Below are positions 22,792 to 36,789 of a stretch of DNA of 64,000 bases, in pieces. Every line of letters starts with the position of its first letter. Position 1 is the stretch's first letter. The position numbers were made by a program, and so were the translations under genes. This DNA is from Octopus sinensis (lineage: Eukaryota), in assembly GCF_006345805.1 (NCBI RefSeq), contig NC_043014.1, forward strand, positions 5,580,001-5,644,000. The letters run 5' to 3'. Below the pieces are notes generated by a model. It did no database searches. It was given only the letters and a program-made list of their open reading frames with translations, and was not told where the DNA came from.

Positions 22792-24595
22792 CACTGGCCA
22801 AAATAAGTTTAAGACCGATGATGACAGTTCCGTTCCTTCATTGATTTATTTTAAACAAGACTGAATAAAATCACTTTACCTTCTACATTGTATGAACACT
22901 TTCTTTTTCTCTTTCGAATCATATAGGCATTATATATCTTTCTACAGTTTGAATAATTTTAATGTGTAATTAATTCAAATGATTAAAAATTGTCGGTAAA
23001 ATAAGTCTAAGACCTACCAATATTATTGTGTTTAAATTTAAAATTTACGGCACAAATGATCAACAAAGATTTATTATTAATATCTAATTAATTCTATAGC
23101 TATTATTTTCAATTACGGCCTTAGAACGGTGAGACATGGAATTCGACAAATGAGCACAAAAATCACTCGGAATGTTTTGCTATATTTCTTCAATAAAATT
23201 ATAGAATTGGGACAAATTTGTTTTTTTAGCATGAACTCTTTTAGAAATATGATTCAATAAATTTTCTATCGGATTCAAATCCTGGCTCCGCGGAGGCCAC
23301 TCAATAACCACCATATTATTGCGCTCAAAATATTGCAAAACTTTCCTAGCCTTATGAACGGGGTAGTTGTCCTGCTGGAAAATAGATCCCGGTGGCATCT
23401 GATTATTCAAATAAGGCAGCACATTTCATTTACTAATTGCAGAGAGTCTACATTGCTCATTCTGCCATCAACCTTATTGGATTGGACGAAAACCTAAGCT
23501 GCTGAACACGGCTTACACTTAGGATGGAATTTTTCAGGCGTCAAACATAAGGCTTTCCCTCTAATCCAAAGATGCAGAAGCCAAATTTGTCGCTCCAAAC
23601 AACTTTTGATCAGTCTTCGGCCGTCCTTTCAATGTGACATTTAGCAAACTTGATCCGCTTTCACCGATTCGTCTCAGAAATTATCGGCTTCTTTCGAGCG
23701 ATCTAGCCGAACAGTCAAAATTCCCTTAGGTGGTTTCTGAGAGTGGTGTAAAGCTGATGTGAGTTTCATCAGATAATTGCTTGCAAATGTCCACTGCTGT
23801 TAGCATTCAGTTACCCTCAGAGAGCATATGAATTCTGTTTCTTTATTACTCACAAGGGGCTAAATATAGAGGGGACAAACAAGGACAGACAAACGGATTA
23901 AGTCGATTACATCGACTCCAGTGCGTAACTGGTACTTAATCTATCGACCCCAAAAGGATGAAAGACAAAGTCGACCTCGGCGGAATTTGAACTCAGAACG
24001 TAACGGCAGACGAAATACTGCTAAGCATTTCGCCCGGCGTGCTAACGGTTCTGTCGAATTCGCCGATCTATCTGTGCTGCTGTTTTTCTCGGAAAGTGCG
24101 GTCTTTGCTGACCTTTGTATTGGCCAGTGGCTTGGTAAAACTTCTAGGCTTGAACACAAGCCGTTTTTCTGCATCCTAATTGCTTTCTAATGTTCATGAA
24201 GGACATATTTTTCTGATGAAGTAACACGATCTTTGATCCAGTAACTGGACTGACACTACGATGCTTTCCTATTGCGAATTAATGTGTAACAATGTTCGAT
24301 TATTAAACAAAACTGTGCAGTACGACCAGCCATATGGCCACCCATTTGGTTTATTAATTTGCATAATCTTGGTACGGACTTAAACTTATTTTTTCGACAA
24401 TTTTTAATAATTTGAATTAATTGTGCATTAAAATTATTCAGATTGTAGAAAACTATATAACGCCTGTATCGTTCGAAAGAGAAATATTTTTACATAAACT
24501 GTAAAAAGTAAAACGATGTTATATAGTTTTGTTAAAAATAAACTAATGAGGGAATAGAACAGTTATCATCGGTCTTAAACTTATTTTGCCCAGTG
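22792..24595 (-). mobile_element. Degraded Tc1-like transposon, interrupted by a SINE
   Basis: TA TSDs; TIRs cactggccaaaataagtttaagaccgatga / tcatcggtcttaaacttattttgcccagtg; remnant IFQQDNYPVH..WPPRSQDLNPIEN (23180-23422). Confidence 0.85.
23838..24062 (-). mobile_element. SINE type B inside the Tc1 element (approx.)
   Basis: Type B consensus. Confidence 0.85.
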
Positions 24596-24899
24596 TATAT
24601 GAAATGCTCCGGGCTGTTTATGGATGTTCTTGTAGGAGCGGATTATCAGTTTTTCGACGGTACCAGATCTACGCACCAAACCTATCGAAAGCATCATCAT
24701 CATCCACTTGGTTCTCTCTGGTTAACAAATTGTAATTTGTGGAAGTTTGCGGGTAGTCCAAGAGGAGAGATAAACGCAAAAGGCTAGAGTACTGCAATAG
24801 GTACACTGGAATCAGAGCATTCTGCTTTGAAATCGATGTCTCTCTTGAACTAAGTATCAACACTTTTGCAATATAATGTATATATATATACATATATAC

Positions 24900-24963
<64 letters not shown>

Positions 24964-25014
24964 TATGTATGTATATATGCTTATTGGAGAATGGTTATGG
25001 ACTATCTATAATTG

Positions 25015-25320
25015 TTTCAGTCATTAGACTGCCATTACGCTGGGGCACAGCCAAGACTTAATTCTATCGCTCTCTATTGCTGAACTGCGAAGCTTAAGGA
25101 ACACAAACTCACCAACGCCAGCCGTCAACCGGCGGTGGGTTGCAAGCGCTATGAAACACACACACACACGCACACATATACGACAGGTTTCTTCCAGTTT
25201 CCGTCTACCATTTCCACTCGTAAGACTTTGGTAGAAATACTTGCCCACGGTGTCACACTGTGGGACTGAACCCGGAATCATATTGTTAGAAAGCAAGCTT
25301 CTTACCACACAGTTACGCTT
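25015..25320 (-). mobile_element. Degenerate SINE type A-related copy (approx.)
   Basis: gggactgaacccggaa and cagtttccgtctacca remnants. Confidence 0.65.
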
Positions 25321-26039
25321 CACTCATGCATACATACATACGTAAATACATGCATACACAGACACACACAGACACATATATATATTGGAAATGAAAGACA
25401 GAAATTGGAATATACGAGAATTTATTATTAATCACGACACTTGTCTCGACACATCTAGCATCGATTCGTCTTGGGTGAGACACTCAACAACTGGTTCAGG
25501 AGTATCCGGTGGTGCAGTTGTATCTCGTCGGGTGATAAATAGATACATCTCGTTAAAATGACTGTTCAGCAATGTAACTTTCCGTTTTGTAGAGAGAAAA
25601 ACAACCAGACGGAGGAAATATCTTCGTTTATATAGAAGACAAAAATGAAATCGCTGATGATAAAAAGAGAAACGAACACTCAATCTAGCGAGAAAAGTAT
25701 TAAAATTAACCGTTAATAGATATGGATGTAAAAACACCCTCGCGAAAACTGTATGGCGCGAGTAGAATCGCTCATACAAGCATCCCCCAAAATGTAAGCA
25801 TAGGTACACGACAGGTTTTGTGGACTCATGATCACAAAGCGAGTTAGATATTTACTTGGTGTTTATAAGAATGGGTATGTTAGAAATACACTTAAGTCAG
25901 CCATGCCTTAAAGTAAATTATGTTAAGTTAACGGTTATTCGAAATTCATTCTCACTGCATTATGTGAGGGCGCTTTTATGAGCGTGTAGGCACCTCGCGG
26001 GTCGTTCAGAAAATCTATTAATTATACTTTCGTTATTTC

Positions 26040-26227
26040 ACAGAGTATGTATGTATGTATGTATGTATGTATGTATGTATGTATGTATGTATGTATGTAT
26101 ATATATATGTATGTATGTATGTATGTATAAAGTCATTACGCTGTGCCTAAGGCCTACGATTTTATGTGTGTATGTATATATATATATATACACACTCACA
26201 CACATATATATACATATATCATATACA

Positions 26228-26308
<81 letters not shown>

Positions 26309-26425
26309 CACACACACATATATATATGTATGTATATATATATGAATATATATACATAATTTAATAAATAAAATATATGCATACATACATATATGTACGT
26401 ACCTACTTCTACATGTATATATACA

Positions 26426-26499
<74 letters not shown>

Positions 26500-26941
26500 T
26501 ACAGGACACCACAAATAGACGTAGAACTCAACGAGAAACGAAAACATAAAAACATGGAAACGGACTTTTTTTAACAACGAAAAAACAGAACACAAGGCAA
26601 ACAACACAAGGAACATTCCCCTTCATCAACTGTCCCCGGTTCGACTGCATGCGTATTTCGAAGGACAGAACACGACCCGTCGAACCGGTCCTTCCTGCAA
26701 AGGAATTAAATAAAAATCCTTTGTAGAGGGATAAAAACAAGGAAAGAAAAAATTGTGACAAGAACAGGACGTAAAAGTCAATACAAATAAAAATACAAAT
26801 ACCAAATAAAAATACAAATACAAAAAGAAATACAGTACACATAAAGAATAAAAACAGGACAAAGAAACCAACATTGAGGGCCTTTTCTTTTTTCCAAGTA
26901 TGTTTTTATATATATATATATATATATATGTATATACATAC

Positions 26942-26992
<51 letters not shown>

Positions 26993-27036
26993 AGTATTAT
27001 ATACATATATATGTTTATATCTATACATATATATGA

Positions 27037-27071
<35 letters not shown>

Positions 27072-27101
27072 TAAATATATATATATATATGTATGTATAT
27101 A

Positions 27102-27137
<36 letters not shown>

Positions 27138-27144
27138 CATATAT

Positions 27145-27207
<63 letters not shown>

Positions 27208-27218
27208 CATATATATAT
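26040..27218. repeat. (TA)n/(TATG)n arrays with a unique core at 26500-26900
   Basis: Seen directly. Confidence 0.85.
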
Positions 27219-28515
27219 GATTGATTCTAGTTTCAGCTCACGAACTGTGGCCGTGCTGGGGCACCGCCATTTGGTGTTGCTACATGGTTTTACTTCACAA
27301 ATGCTTTTTAGCAACTGCCATTTGGTGCATGAGTGAGTTCGATGCAGCTGCCCTCATCTGCACCTCCTGCAATGAAGTTGGTTCATCTGGGATACCTGAC
27401 AGGAAGAGATCCAGTCCTACTTTAAAGACATCCGCATCCACACCATGCAGGTCCTTCAGGTTCTTCGGGAGGATATTGAAGAGCTGTGGGCCTCTGAAGC
27501 CCAGGCTATCACAATATCTTGTCCTACATCTTGATGGCAAATTTGGAGTCCTTGGTACTACGCAGTGGCGTCCGGTTCTGGCATTTGTGTGACTCTCGAT
27601 GCCAAAGTCTGGGACAAGTCCTTCCAGGATCTTCCAGATATACATTATGGCATATCTTTCTCGCCTACGCTCCAGGGAATAGAGCTTTAATCTCTTGAGT
27701 CTTTCCCAGTAGCTCATATGTTGTACAGAGGCTATCTCCTTCGTGTAGCTTCGTTGGATCGCCTCAAGTTCTGTGATCGACTTGACACTGGATGGTGACC
27801 ATAGCTGAGAGCAATAGTCAAAATGGCTTAGGACAAGTGTCTTCCAGAGGACCATCATGGTTTCTTGTTCTCTTGTTCTAAAGGTTCTAAGAATCCATCC
27901 AGCCAGCCGTCTACATTTCATTGCCAGTTTAGCAACATGTACATGAAAGGTCGCGTCATCACTAATGTGAATACCAAGGTCACGCACTGATTGTGCCTCT
28001 GGGATTGCAATCCCTCAGGGTCCAGTATATTCATTGGGTATTGCATTCAGTTTTGCATGCTGATAGTATAAAGCTTGAAACTTTTCAGCATTGAACTGCA
28101 TGCTATTCTTTTCAGCCCACTTGTATATTTCGTCCAGCTCACATTGCAGATGCTTAGTGTCTTCATGGTTCTGTATTGCCTGTGAAACTTTTGTATCATC
28201 TGCATAACTTGTGATCGTGGCTCTCCGCGTGGCTGAGGGTACGTCTGAGAGGGCCATTATGAACAGTAGTGGTCCCAAAACAGTGCTCTGCGGAACACCG
28301 CTCACTATTTGAGTGTTAATGGAAATGGCCCTATTGGCTACTACCACCTGACTTCTATCTTTCAGAAAGTCATGAAGCCATTCTCCCAGTTTTCCAACTA
28401 TGCTAAGATCACGCAGTTTGTGACATATCATTCCATGATCGACTTTATCAAAGGCCTTTGCAAAGTCGAGATATATCACTTCCACATTTGAGTGGTTGAG
28501 CAGTCGTTTCAGCAC
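27219..28515 (-). mobile_element. 5'-truncated CR1-group LINE (RT fragment, one premature stop)
   Basis: YLDFAKAFDKVDH, GVPQSTVLGP, YADD, RDLG and LERRRERY motifs. ORFs 28015-28515 and 27295-27987 are in frame across a single TGA. (AATC)n tail. Confidence 0.9.
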
Positions 28516-28575
28516 ACAGTCATAGTGTTGTAGGAGCTGAGTTAAGCTGCCCTAACCACTGGGCCATTGCGCCTC

Positions 28576-28634
<59 letters not shown>

Positions 28635-28655
<21 letters not shown>

Positions 28656-28760
28656 TGAGAATGTGTGTCTGTCTGTGTGTTTCCCTAAAACTTGAGAACT
28701 ACACAACCAATTTCATTCAAATTTTACACATGCCTTACTTAGGGCAAGCCCACAGTAATA
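28635..28760 (+). mobile_element. Helitron-like 5' fragment (approx.)
   Basis: atatataaaactgagaatgtgtgtctgtctgtgtg..., resembling the 5' ends of the other Helitrons; no 3' end seen. Confidence 0.4.
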
Positions 28761-30167
28761 TATCTTCTCCACTATTTCAGTATTACGTGTTAAAAATGAA
28801 ACAAAAAATTTCTCTATTTTATGTCAGATACTTTCACATTAACAATAAAAATTTGAAATAATAATAACAATTGAATTATATGTAGTAAGTAATAATTAAA
28901 ATCAAACTAAAGTATAATATAATCGTAACATAACAAAAGTAAAAATAGCAATTGGTATAAAATTGCATCAATGACTTGAAGTTGAATAAGTGGCTTCACA
29001 TGAATGGAAATAAATTAAAAATAAAATTAGCGTGCAGAAATGGAATAGTCCAGATGGAGCTGTACACATACCGTTTACCACGGCTTTTACATTAGATTAT
29101 CTACTAATTAGCTAGCATTAAGTATCTATATGAAGTTTGGTTGTATGTAATGTCTGTTTTCTCGAACAGCCGATTCTACTGAGTACTGCTGTTGGTTTAT
29201 TTCTTATACATAAAGGACTATAGCTTCAACTGCGTACTGCTATTTGATTCACCGTAAGGTTTGTTGTTATTATTTCTGTTTAACTATTGTTATCACGTTT
29301 GTTGGTTCCTCGTGAGGGAAATGTTGTTGCGTTGCATTTCTTAAATAATTGTAAACTGTAACCCTCCCCCTTTGGGAGAAGGAGCTTTGGTTATTGTTTA
29401 AAAATTTGATTGTGCCCCTGTTTGGGGAAATTGACAATATTTTCACCGTTTATACGAAGCATTTTCGTTAGAATGCCTTCGATAGAAGAAAGTCCAAAAA
29501 TGAATATCGCTGCAGCCGCCGGAAGAAATACGGATTGATTACCGACAAAGACGGTGAATCTAGGATAACACCACCAAACGAAATAAAAAATTAAAGAAAA
29601 GACTTTTGTCTATAAAGTATACAATGTAGAGAAAAAAGAAGATTTGAACACCTGGAGGAAAGCACCATCGAAAAGTGTCTTGGTGCGACTATGAAAGATA
29701 TCTAACCAGAGGCGGTAAATTCGCCACAATAGAAGCAAGGTTCGAGTCAACGGAACGTGCAAGGGAGTACTCGACTTGAAACTTGCAAAGTGGAAATATT
29801 TTATTTTTACCTTTATATCTGGGACGTAGGACGTGCCGGAAAAAAATTTAAAATGCACCCCCCCCCCCACCAGAAGTAGAGGTAGGCTGAATTGTAGCCA
29901 CACTTCTATACAAGAGGGAGGACAAGCTACAATCGATCGAAATTGCAAGAGACGGGCCTACAATTCCAGTCTGTTATATATTTTGAGTATTGTTATCACT
30001 AGCGATATCAAGATATAACTTTGTATTTTGTATTTTATGTGTAGATGTATATATATAGATGTACATGTAATATGTACACATATATATACACATATATACA
30101 TGCACTAGCACTATGAGCCGGCAACGACGGTCTTTAATGCTAGTATATATATATATATATATATACA

Positions 30168-30268
<101 letters not shown>

Positions 30269-30699
30269 TACTTATATTTACAACAAAATATACACACGAT
30301 ATTCCAGGAAATTTTGCTTTTACTAGAAAACAATATTTCTATTAGTGTATAACAACTTCATATTAAGCAATATTTTCAGATAATTAACAACAACTGTGCT
30401 ACAAAATGAAAATCATTGTGAGATTTGTATCCACTCATTATAATTACCGATTTCACCTGAAAAGCAAAATCGAAATTATGTAGAAATATGTGAGACACAT
30501 AAGTTCTATAATTGAATATTTTCATCACTTCTAAAGTGAGCAATAGAAAACAGCCTGCACAGAAATAGGCGACAGTATGTTAAAATAGGTTGTGTATAGT
30601 TGAGATGTTTTCTGGCAACTGTTTCGAAAGAAATTTTAGTTTGTGTTTTGTCCATTAGACTTTATTCTCAAAATAATGAAACATATATATTTCTGTACT

Positions 30700-30920
30700 A
30701 CCCACAAGAGGATAAACATAGAGGGGACAAACAAGGACAGACATAGGTATTAAGTCGATTACATCGACCCCAGTGCGTATCTGGTACTTCATTTATCGAC
30801 CCCCAAAGGATGAAATGCAAACTGGACCTCGGCTGAATTTGAACTCAGAACCTAACGGCAGACGAAATACAGCCACGCATTTCGCCCGGCGTGCTAACGG
30901 TTCTGCCAGCACGCCGCCTT
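30700..30920 (-). mobile_element. SINE type B (shared by both inverted arms)
   Basis: Mirror copy at 39467-39690. Confidence 0.88.
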
Positions 30921-31161
30921 AAATACTGAAGCATATAATTGGGTGATTTGTGACTTGTCTGTCTGTGTATCAAGCTAACTTGTCATACGCGTGGGTGCAT
31001 ATAATGCGTATCCCTCGTCTCTCCATCTATCTCCACCTCTCTCTCTCTCTCAACCTCTCTCACTGTCACTCACTCTGTCCCTATCTATCTATGCGCATTA
31101 GTAAAATTTACACATATACATATTTATAAAATGTGTATATATATGAATGTGTGTCTGTATG

Positions 31162-31192
<31 letters not shown>

Positions 31193-31196
31193 CTGC

Positions 31197-31229
<33 letters not shown>

Positions 31230-31325
31230 TATGCGAGCTTGTGTATATTAATACATATATTCTATACGGAGCAGAGGCAGGAAGACGGAAGTCACATACA
31301 AACACATACAAATTTCTCTACTCAC

Positions 31326-31469
31326 TTGTTCTGATTTCTCTTCCATTTTCCTTATCCTTGAATCTTGGTGAAGAACCGTTATGGTGAGAATGAGAACTAA
31401 TCCGAAAGCTACGAGAGAAGAAATGGAAAAACGTTGCGAAACGTTCCTGGACAGCTGAGAGAAATCCAT
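31326..31469 (-). CDS. Gene A exon 1 (MDFSQLSRNVSQRFSISSLVAFGLVLILTITVLHQDSRIRKMEEKSEQ): N-terminal anchor
   Basis: ATG at 31469; 48 codons ending at a gtgagt donor; one hydrophobic stretch; conserved in three copies in the window. Confidence 0.88.
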
Positions 31470-31632
31470 CGTGACGATAGTTGTCGGTGGTTGTATGTGA
31501 TATTTCGTGTTGGCCCAACAATTAACTTAGAGTAGATCTAAGCTGGAGGCTTACAACTGGCTGCCTATGTATCTGTCTTAGATTTGAAGTTGGTCTCAGC
31601 TGAAGAACTGTTACTGACTTCCTGACGACCTA

Positions 31633-31639
31633 TTATATA
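31633..31639 (-). promoter_or_regulatory. Candidate TATA box of gene A
   Basis: TATATAA about 165 nt upstream of the ATG; mirror of 38745-38751. Confidence 0.45.
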
Positions 31640-31980
31640 TGGAACCCAGCTCTGCCGAAAATCTTTTCGTGAATTCGTAAACCAATGGGAAAACTATAAC
31701 CAAAAAGTGTGGATGTATACTTGTAAATGATAGGTTTTTGTGATTGGATAGATATTGTTTTATATATGTACACACACATACATACATACATACATGCATA
31801 CATGCATACAACATACATACATACATGCATACATGCATACAACATACATACATACATACATGCGTGCATACATATATACATATATACATATATACATACA
31901 TACATACATACGTGCATACATATATACATACATACATACATACATGCATGCATACATACATACCTATATACATACATATA

Positions 31981-32013
<33 letters not shown>

Positions 32014-32519
32014 TCATACATATATACATACATACATTCATACATACATGCATACATACATACATACATACTTGCATACATTCACACACACACACACATA
32101 TTTTACGTTATGTTAAAGAAATAATATTTGTATATAACGTCAGAAACATGTTGGACTCAAATTTCTTGTCTGAGAAAAGTATCTTCATGTTCATTACCCC
32201 ATGGTGGTTATTGTGTAGGCATAGCGATCTCCATGTGAGCTGAATTCTCGGACCTAGTAGCGTGTTGTGTTTGCGAGAGGGACTACCCATTTCACTTTGT
32301 TCTAGTACTGTGTGGGTATCCGCATTTCAAAGACTAGACTTGCCCCACCCGCTTAAAATGTAGAATTAAAATCAGTCTTGCTCGGTCCATGTGTTAGAGG
32401 GTTGTCTCCTGAGTGGAAAAAAGGTGTCATGCTTTGGAGTAGAAACTCACCAACAAATGGTGGATGTAACGATATAACGTTTCGGTTCATGCTCTCATAA
32501 AGACACTCTTCACACGTGA

Positions 32520-32838
32520 ATAAGCAGGGGATTGCTGCTAGAAAGTTCCTCTTCGAGGCAAAAGTCCGGGCAAGGTTGTGTTAAGGAAGACCATTTGTCG
32601 CCCATGCATACTAGTCTCAACTCTCCACACCAAAGATTTTGTCCAAGGCAAAGTGAAAGGCCGGTACAGCTTGGCATCAGTGGTCTCACAACTATTTCTG
32701 CAGCTGAGTGAACCGGATGAATGTGAAATAAATCGTCTTGCGCAAGAACACAACACAGCCCGGTCCGGGAGTCGAACTCACAACTCCACGGTTACAGACC
32801 TAAACCTAAACCTCTAACCACTGAGCCATGCACTTTCA
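32520..32838 (-). mobile_element. SINE type D (approx.)
   Basis: catggctcagtggttag head and ttgtgttcttg..caagac core. Confidence 0.75.
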
Positions 32839-32854
32839 CATAAGTATGCTCCCA

Positions 32855-32895
<41 letters not shown>

Positions 32896-32896
32896 T

Positions 32897-32965
<69 letters not shown>

Positions 32966-33000
32966 AGCTGCTGCTACCGCTGCTGTTGCTGCCGCCACTA

Positions 33001-33041
<41 letters not shown>

Positions 33042-33060
33042 ACTACCACTACTACTACTG

Positions 33061-33108
<48 letters not shown>

Positions 33109-33375
33109 GTGAAGGCAAATGGCTCAGTGGTTTGAGTGTCGGACGTTTGGCCGGAGTTTAGTGGTTGCTTCTGCTCAATGACGGAGCAATATCTATTTAT
33201 CTAATTATCTATTGCACCGATCTTGTTTATCACACAAGATGGCGTCGGTATCGTCATCATCGTCATTGTCATTGTCATCAGCGATCATCAATGGAGCATC
33301 AAGGTGAGGGATTTCATTCCTCCCACCGGACCTCCCGCTGAAGTAGACTTTTAACCCCTTCTGTCACTTACTCCC

Positions 33376-33471
<96 letters not shown>
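32855..33471. repeat. Compound trinucleotide arrays: (CTA)n/(CTG)n and (CAA)n/(CGA)n
   Basis: At 32855-33108 and 33377-33471. Confidence 0.9.
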
Positions 33472-33472
<1 letters not shown>

Positions 33473-33573
33473 TATGTGCAGTCAGCAGCAGTATCCATGC
33501 GAAGATGGACAACGGGAAGCGAGAAGGAAGCAGTTGCTAAGGACAAAGACGAAAATGCAAATCCCCAGAACTA

Positions 33574-34224
33574 TTCAGTTGGTGCATAATTACTGCGGTT
33601 ATTTTTTTTTTCCAACAAATTTTATTCAACAAAAACAATATCATTAACTAGCAGTATAGCCCGGCGTTGCTCGGGATTGTTTCGACCCTTTAGAATTGGA
33701 ATTTTTGAAAAGTAAAAATTTTGCATTATGTAGCTTGTTATTCTCTTTAAGTGAACATTTTTCTGGTTGAAATACACCGAAAAATGGCGACACAGCAGTT
33801 AAAAAATCGTAAAAAATAGGGATTTTCATAGAAAAAAGCACCTTTTGATGTAAATAATTTTTGGTGTTAACTTGGTCCGATTTGAATTTTTTCTTCTACG
33901 GAAGGAAGAGCAAGCCTTCTTCTATCATACTCACAATTTTGGTCAACTTGCGCCGCAGGGTCTCGGAGGATATAGTGTTAGTTGAAGGCTACCAAACCTG
34001 CCATACACAGACAACTTCAGCTTTATATAGAGAGAGATTAACAAAAACATATTTAAATGATGGTCCGACCGTCTATCAAGTAAATAGGAAGCAGTAATTG
34101 AAGTAGATGGTGATTATGCTCCGGAATAATCATTTACAGATGTTTTTGTTACATGTTGTTATCGTTTTTGTCGAATAAAATTTATTAAAAAAAAAAAAAC
34201 CGCAGTAATTATGCACCAACCCTA
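33574..34224. mobile_element. Mariner-type MITE
   Basis: TA TSDs; TIRs gttggtgcataattactgcggtt / aaccgcagtaattatgcaccaac. Confidence 0.75.
33648..34037 (-). mobile_element. Non-autonomous Helitron with H1-like ends and a different interior, nested in a mariner MITE
   Basis: ctagcagtatagcccggcgttgctcggg 3' end and atctctctctatataaag 5' end. Confidence 0.75.
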
Positions 34225-34345
34225 TAGTTATTTTAAATGTGTTTCGCGTAAGAATTAGTACCCATATGTTAAGTTAGAGATCTGAAGGACATCTTAGAAG
34301 ACGTGGCCTACAGACAAAGAGGCTGACAGTATGCCAGCATCGAAA

Positions 34346-34909
34346 GGCTGCGAGCTGGCAGAAGTGTTAGCACGCTGGCCGAAATGCTTAGCGGTATTTC
34401 GTCTGCCGTTACGTTCTGAGTTCAAAATCCGCCGAGGTCGACTTTGCCTTTCATCCTTTCAGGGTCGATAAATTAAGTACCAGTTACGTACTGGGGTCGA
34501 TATAATCGACTTAATCCGTTTGTCTCTCCTTGTTTGTCCTCTCTGTGTTTAGCACCTTGTCGGTAATAAAGAAATAGGTATTTCGTCTGTCTTTACGTTC
34601 TGAGGTCAAATTCTGCTGAGGTCGATTTTTCCTTCCTCCTTTAATGGTCGATAAATTAAAGACAGACGAAATACCTATTTCTTTACTACCCACAAGGGGC
34701 TAAACACATAGAGAACAAACAAGGACAGACAAAGGGATTAAGTCGATTATATCGACCTCAGTGCGTAAATGGTACTTATTTTACTCGACCCTGAAAGGAT
34801 GAACGGCAAAGTCAACATCGGCGGAATTAGAACTCAGAACGTAACGGCAGACGAAATAAGGCTTCGCATTTCGCCCGGCGTGCTAACACTTCTGCTAGCT
34901 CGCCGCCTT
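34346..34909. mobile_element. Tail-to-tail inverted pair of type B SINEs
   Basis: Plus copy at 34346-34660 and minus copy at 34661-34909. Confidence 0.85.
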
Positions 34910-35077
34910 ACCGGCTGATTATTATAATATTTTATCCTTTAAATTATCCTGAGAATACAAAAATCCTATGCATTTTCCTTCTTTTATTGTATATTATTCA
35001 TTACAACTCAGCACGTGAGGAAAATCTTTCCGACAAAACTCGTTTTAACCACACACACATATCTGTATGTATGTATG

Positions 35078-35131
<54 letters not shown>

Positions 35132-35269
35132 TACATTCGTGTGTGTGTGTGTTACTGTTCTATATTTACTGAAAGCAAGAGGATGTATCAGCGGAAACGT
35201 TGTGTTAACAACAAACAAGAAGAGGACGAATATCCGTCAAATGTAAATAATGTAAATAATGTAAATAAT

Positions 35270-35574
35270 ATATGTATGTATGTATGTGTGTATATATGTA
35301 TGTATGTATGTATGTATGTAGGTAGGTAGGTATGTATGTAAGTATGTATGTATATATGTATGTATATATGTATGTATGTATATATGTATGTATGTATATA
35401 TGTATGTATGTATGTACGTATATATGTATGTATATATGTATGTATATATGTATGTATGTATATATGTATGTATGTAAGTATGTATGTATATATGTATGTA
35501 TTTATGTATGTATATATGTATGTATGTATGTATGTATATATGTATGTATGTACATATGTATGTATGTATGCATG

Positions 35575-35608
<34 letters not shown>

Positions 35609-36010
35609 TGTATGTATATAAATATGTATGTATGTATATATATATGTATGTATGTATGTATATATGTATGTATGCATGTATGTGTGTATATATGTATGTA
35701 TGTATGTATGTATGTAAGTATGTATGTATGTATATATGTATGTAAGTATGTATGTATGTATATATATATGTCTCCCTCTATCCTCCCTCCTCCCCTCCCC
35801 TCCTCTTCTCCTCTCCTTCCTTTTCCCCCCTCCTCTTCTCCTCTCCTTCCTTCTCCCCCTCCCTCCCCCTCCTCTTCTCCCCTTTCCTTCTCCCCTCTTC
35901 TCCCCTTTCCTTCTCCCCTTTCTTCTCCCCTCTTCTCCCCTTTATTTCTCCCCTCCCCCCTCCCATTTCCTTCTCCCCCTTACCTCCCCCCTCTTCTCCT
36001 CTCTCTACAC
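35270..36010. repeat. (TATG)n array followed by a polypyrimidine tract
   Basis: Seen directly. Confidence 0.9.
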
Positions 36011-36462
36011 TACACCATACGACTTTACACATCACATCATATATACATACACACGTCTAGACCTCTCATACGCACTAATACTCTCTCATACACACACACA
36101 CACACTCTTCTCATACACACACACACTCTTATGTTTGAGCGGGGGTCATTTAACCCTATTATCTCCCCTAATTTCGCTCTTGCGTCTCATGTTTGATCTT
36201 TGACTTCTGGCCGAAATCAGATCGCCATGTTGATTCGCTAGCTTTTGCACGCATATTTTTTTCTCTCCTTCTTTCTGTGTTTTTTTTCTCTGTGTATCTT
36301 TCTGTTGAAGAGCGTAGGCTCGAAACGTTAAAGACTTGTTTCATTTATATTTCCTGAGCGCCATACTAATACAATTGTTTGTTTGTATTCCACCTGCCTT
36401 CGTCTTTTGTTTATTTCCGTAAACCTGCCTTCGTCTTTTGTGTATTTTCATAAAGCTTACCG

Positions 36463-36529
<67 letters not shown>

Positions 36530-36607
36530 CATATGTATGTATGTATATATGTATGTACGTAAGTATGTATGTATATATGTAGGTATATATGTATGTATAT
36601 ATGTATG

Positions 36608-36641
<34 letters not shown>

Positions 36642-36789
36642 TGTATGTATGTATGTATGTATGTATGTATGTATGCATGTATATATGTATGTATGCATGT
36701 ATGTATGTATGTATGTATATATGTATGTATGCATGCATGTGTGTATATATGTATGTATGTATGTATATATGTATGTATGTAAGTATGTA

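Noticed and set aside
25432-25809. Minus ORF ending RRDTTAPPDTPEPVVECLTQDESMLDVSRQVS as a possible extra stalk exon of gene A
   Set aside because: Weak splice sites, phase incompatible with the 0-0 slot, and no counterpart in gene B.
29520-29960. Possible LINE ORF1 remnant
   Set aside because: Only a vague compositional resemblance; no recognisable motif.
32792-33546. Poly-V/A/Y/C ORFs
   Set aside because: Trinucleotide repeats with no splice or domain support.
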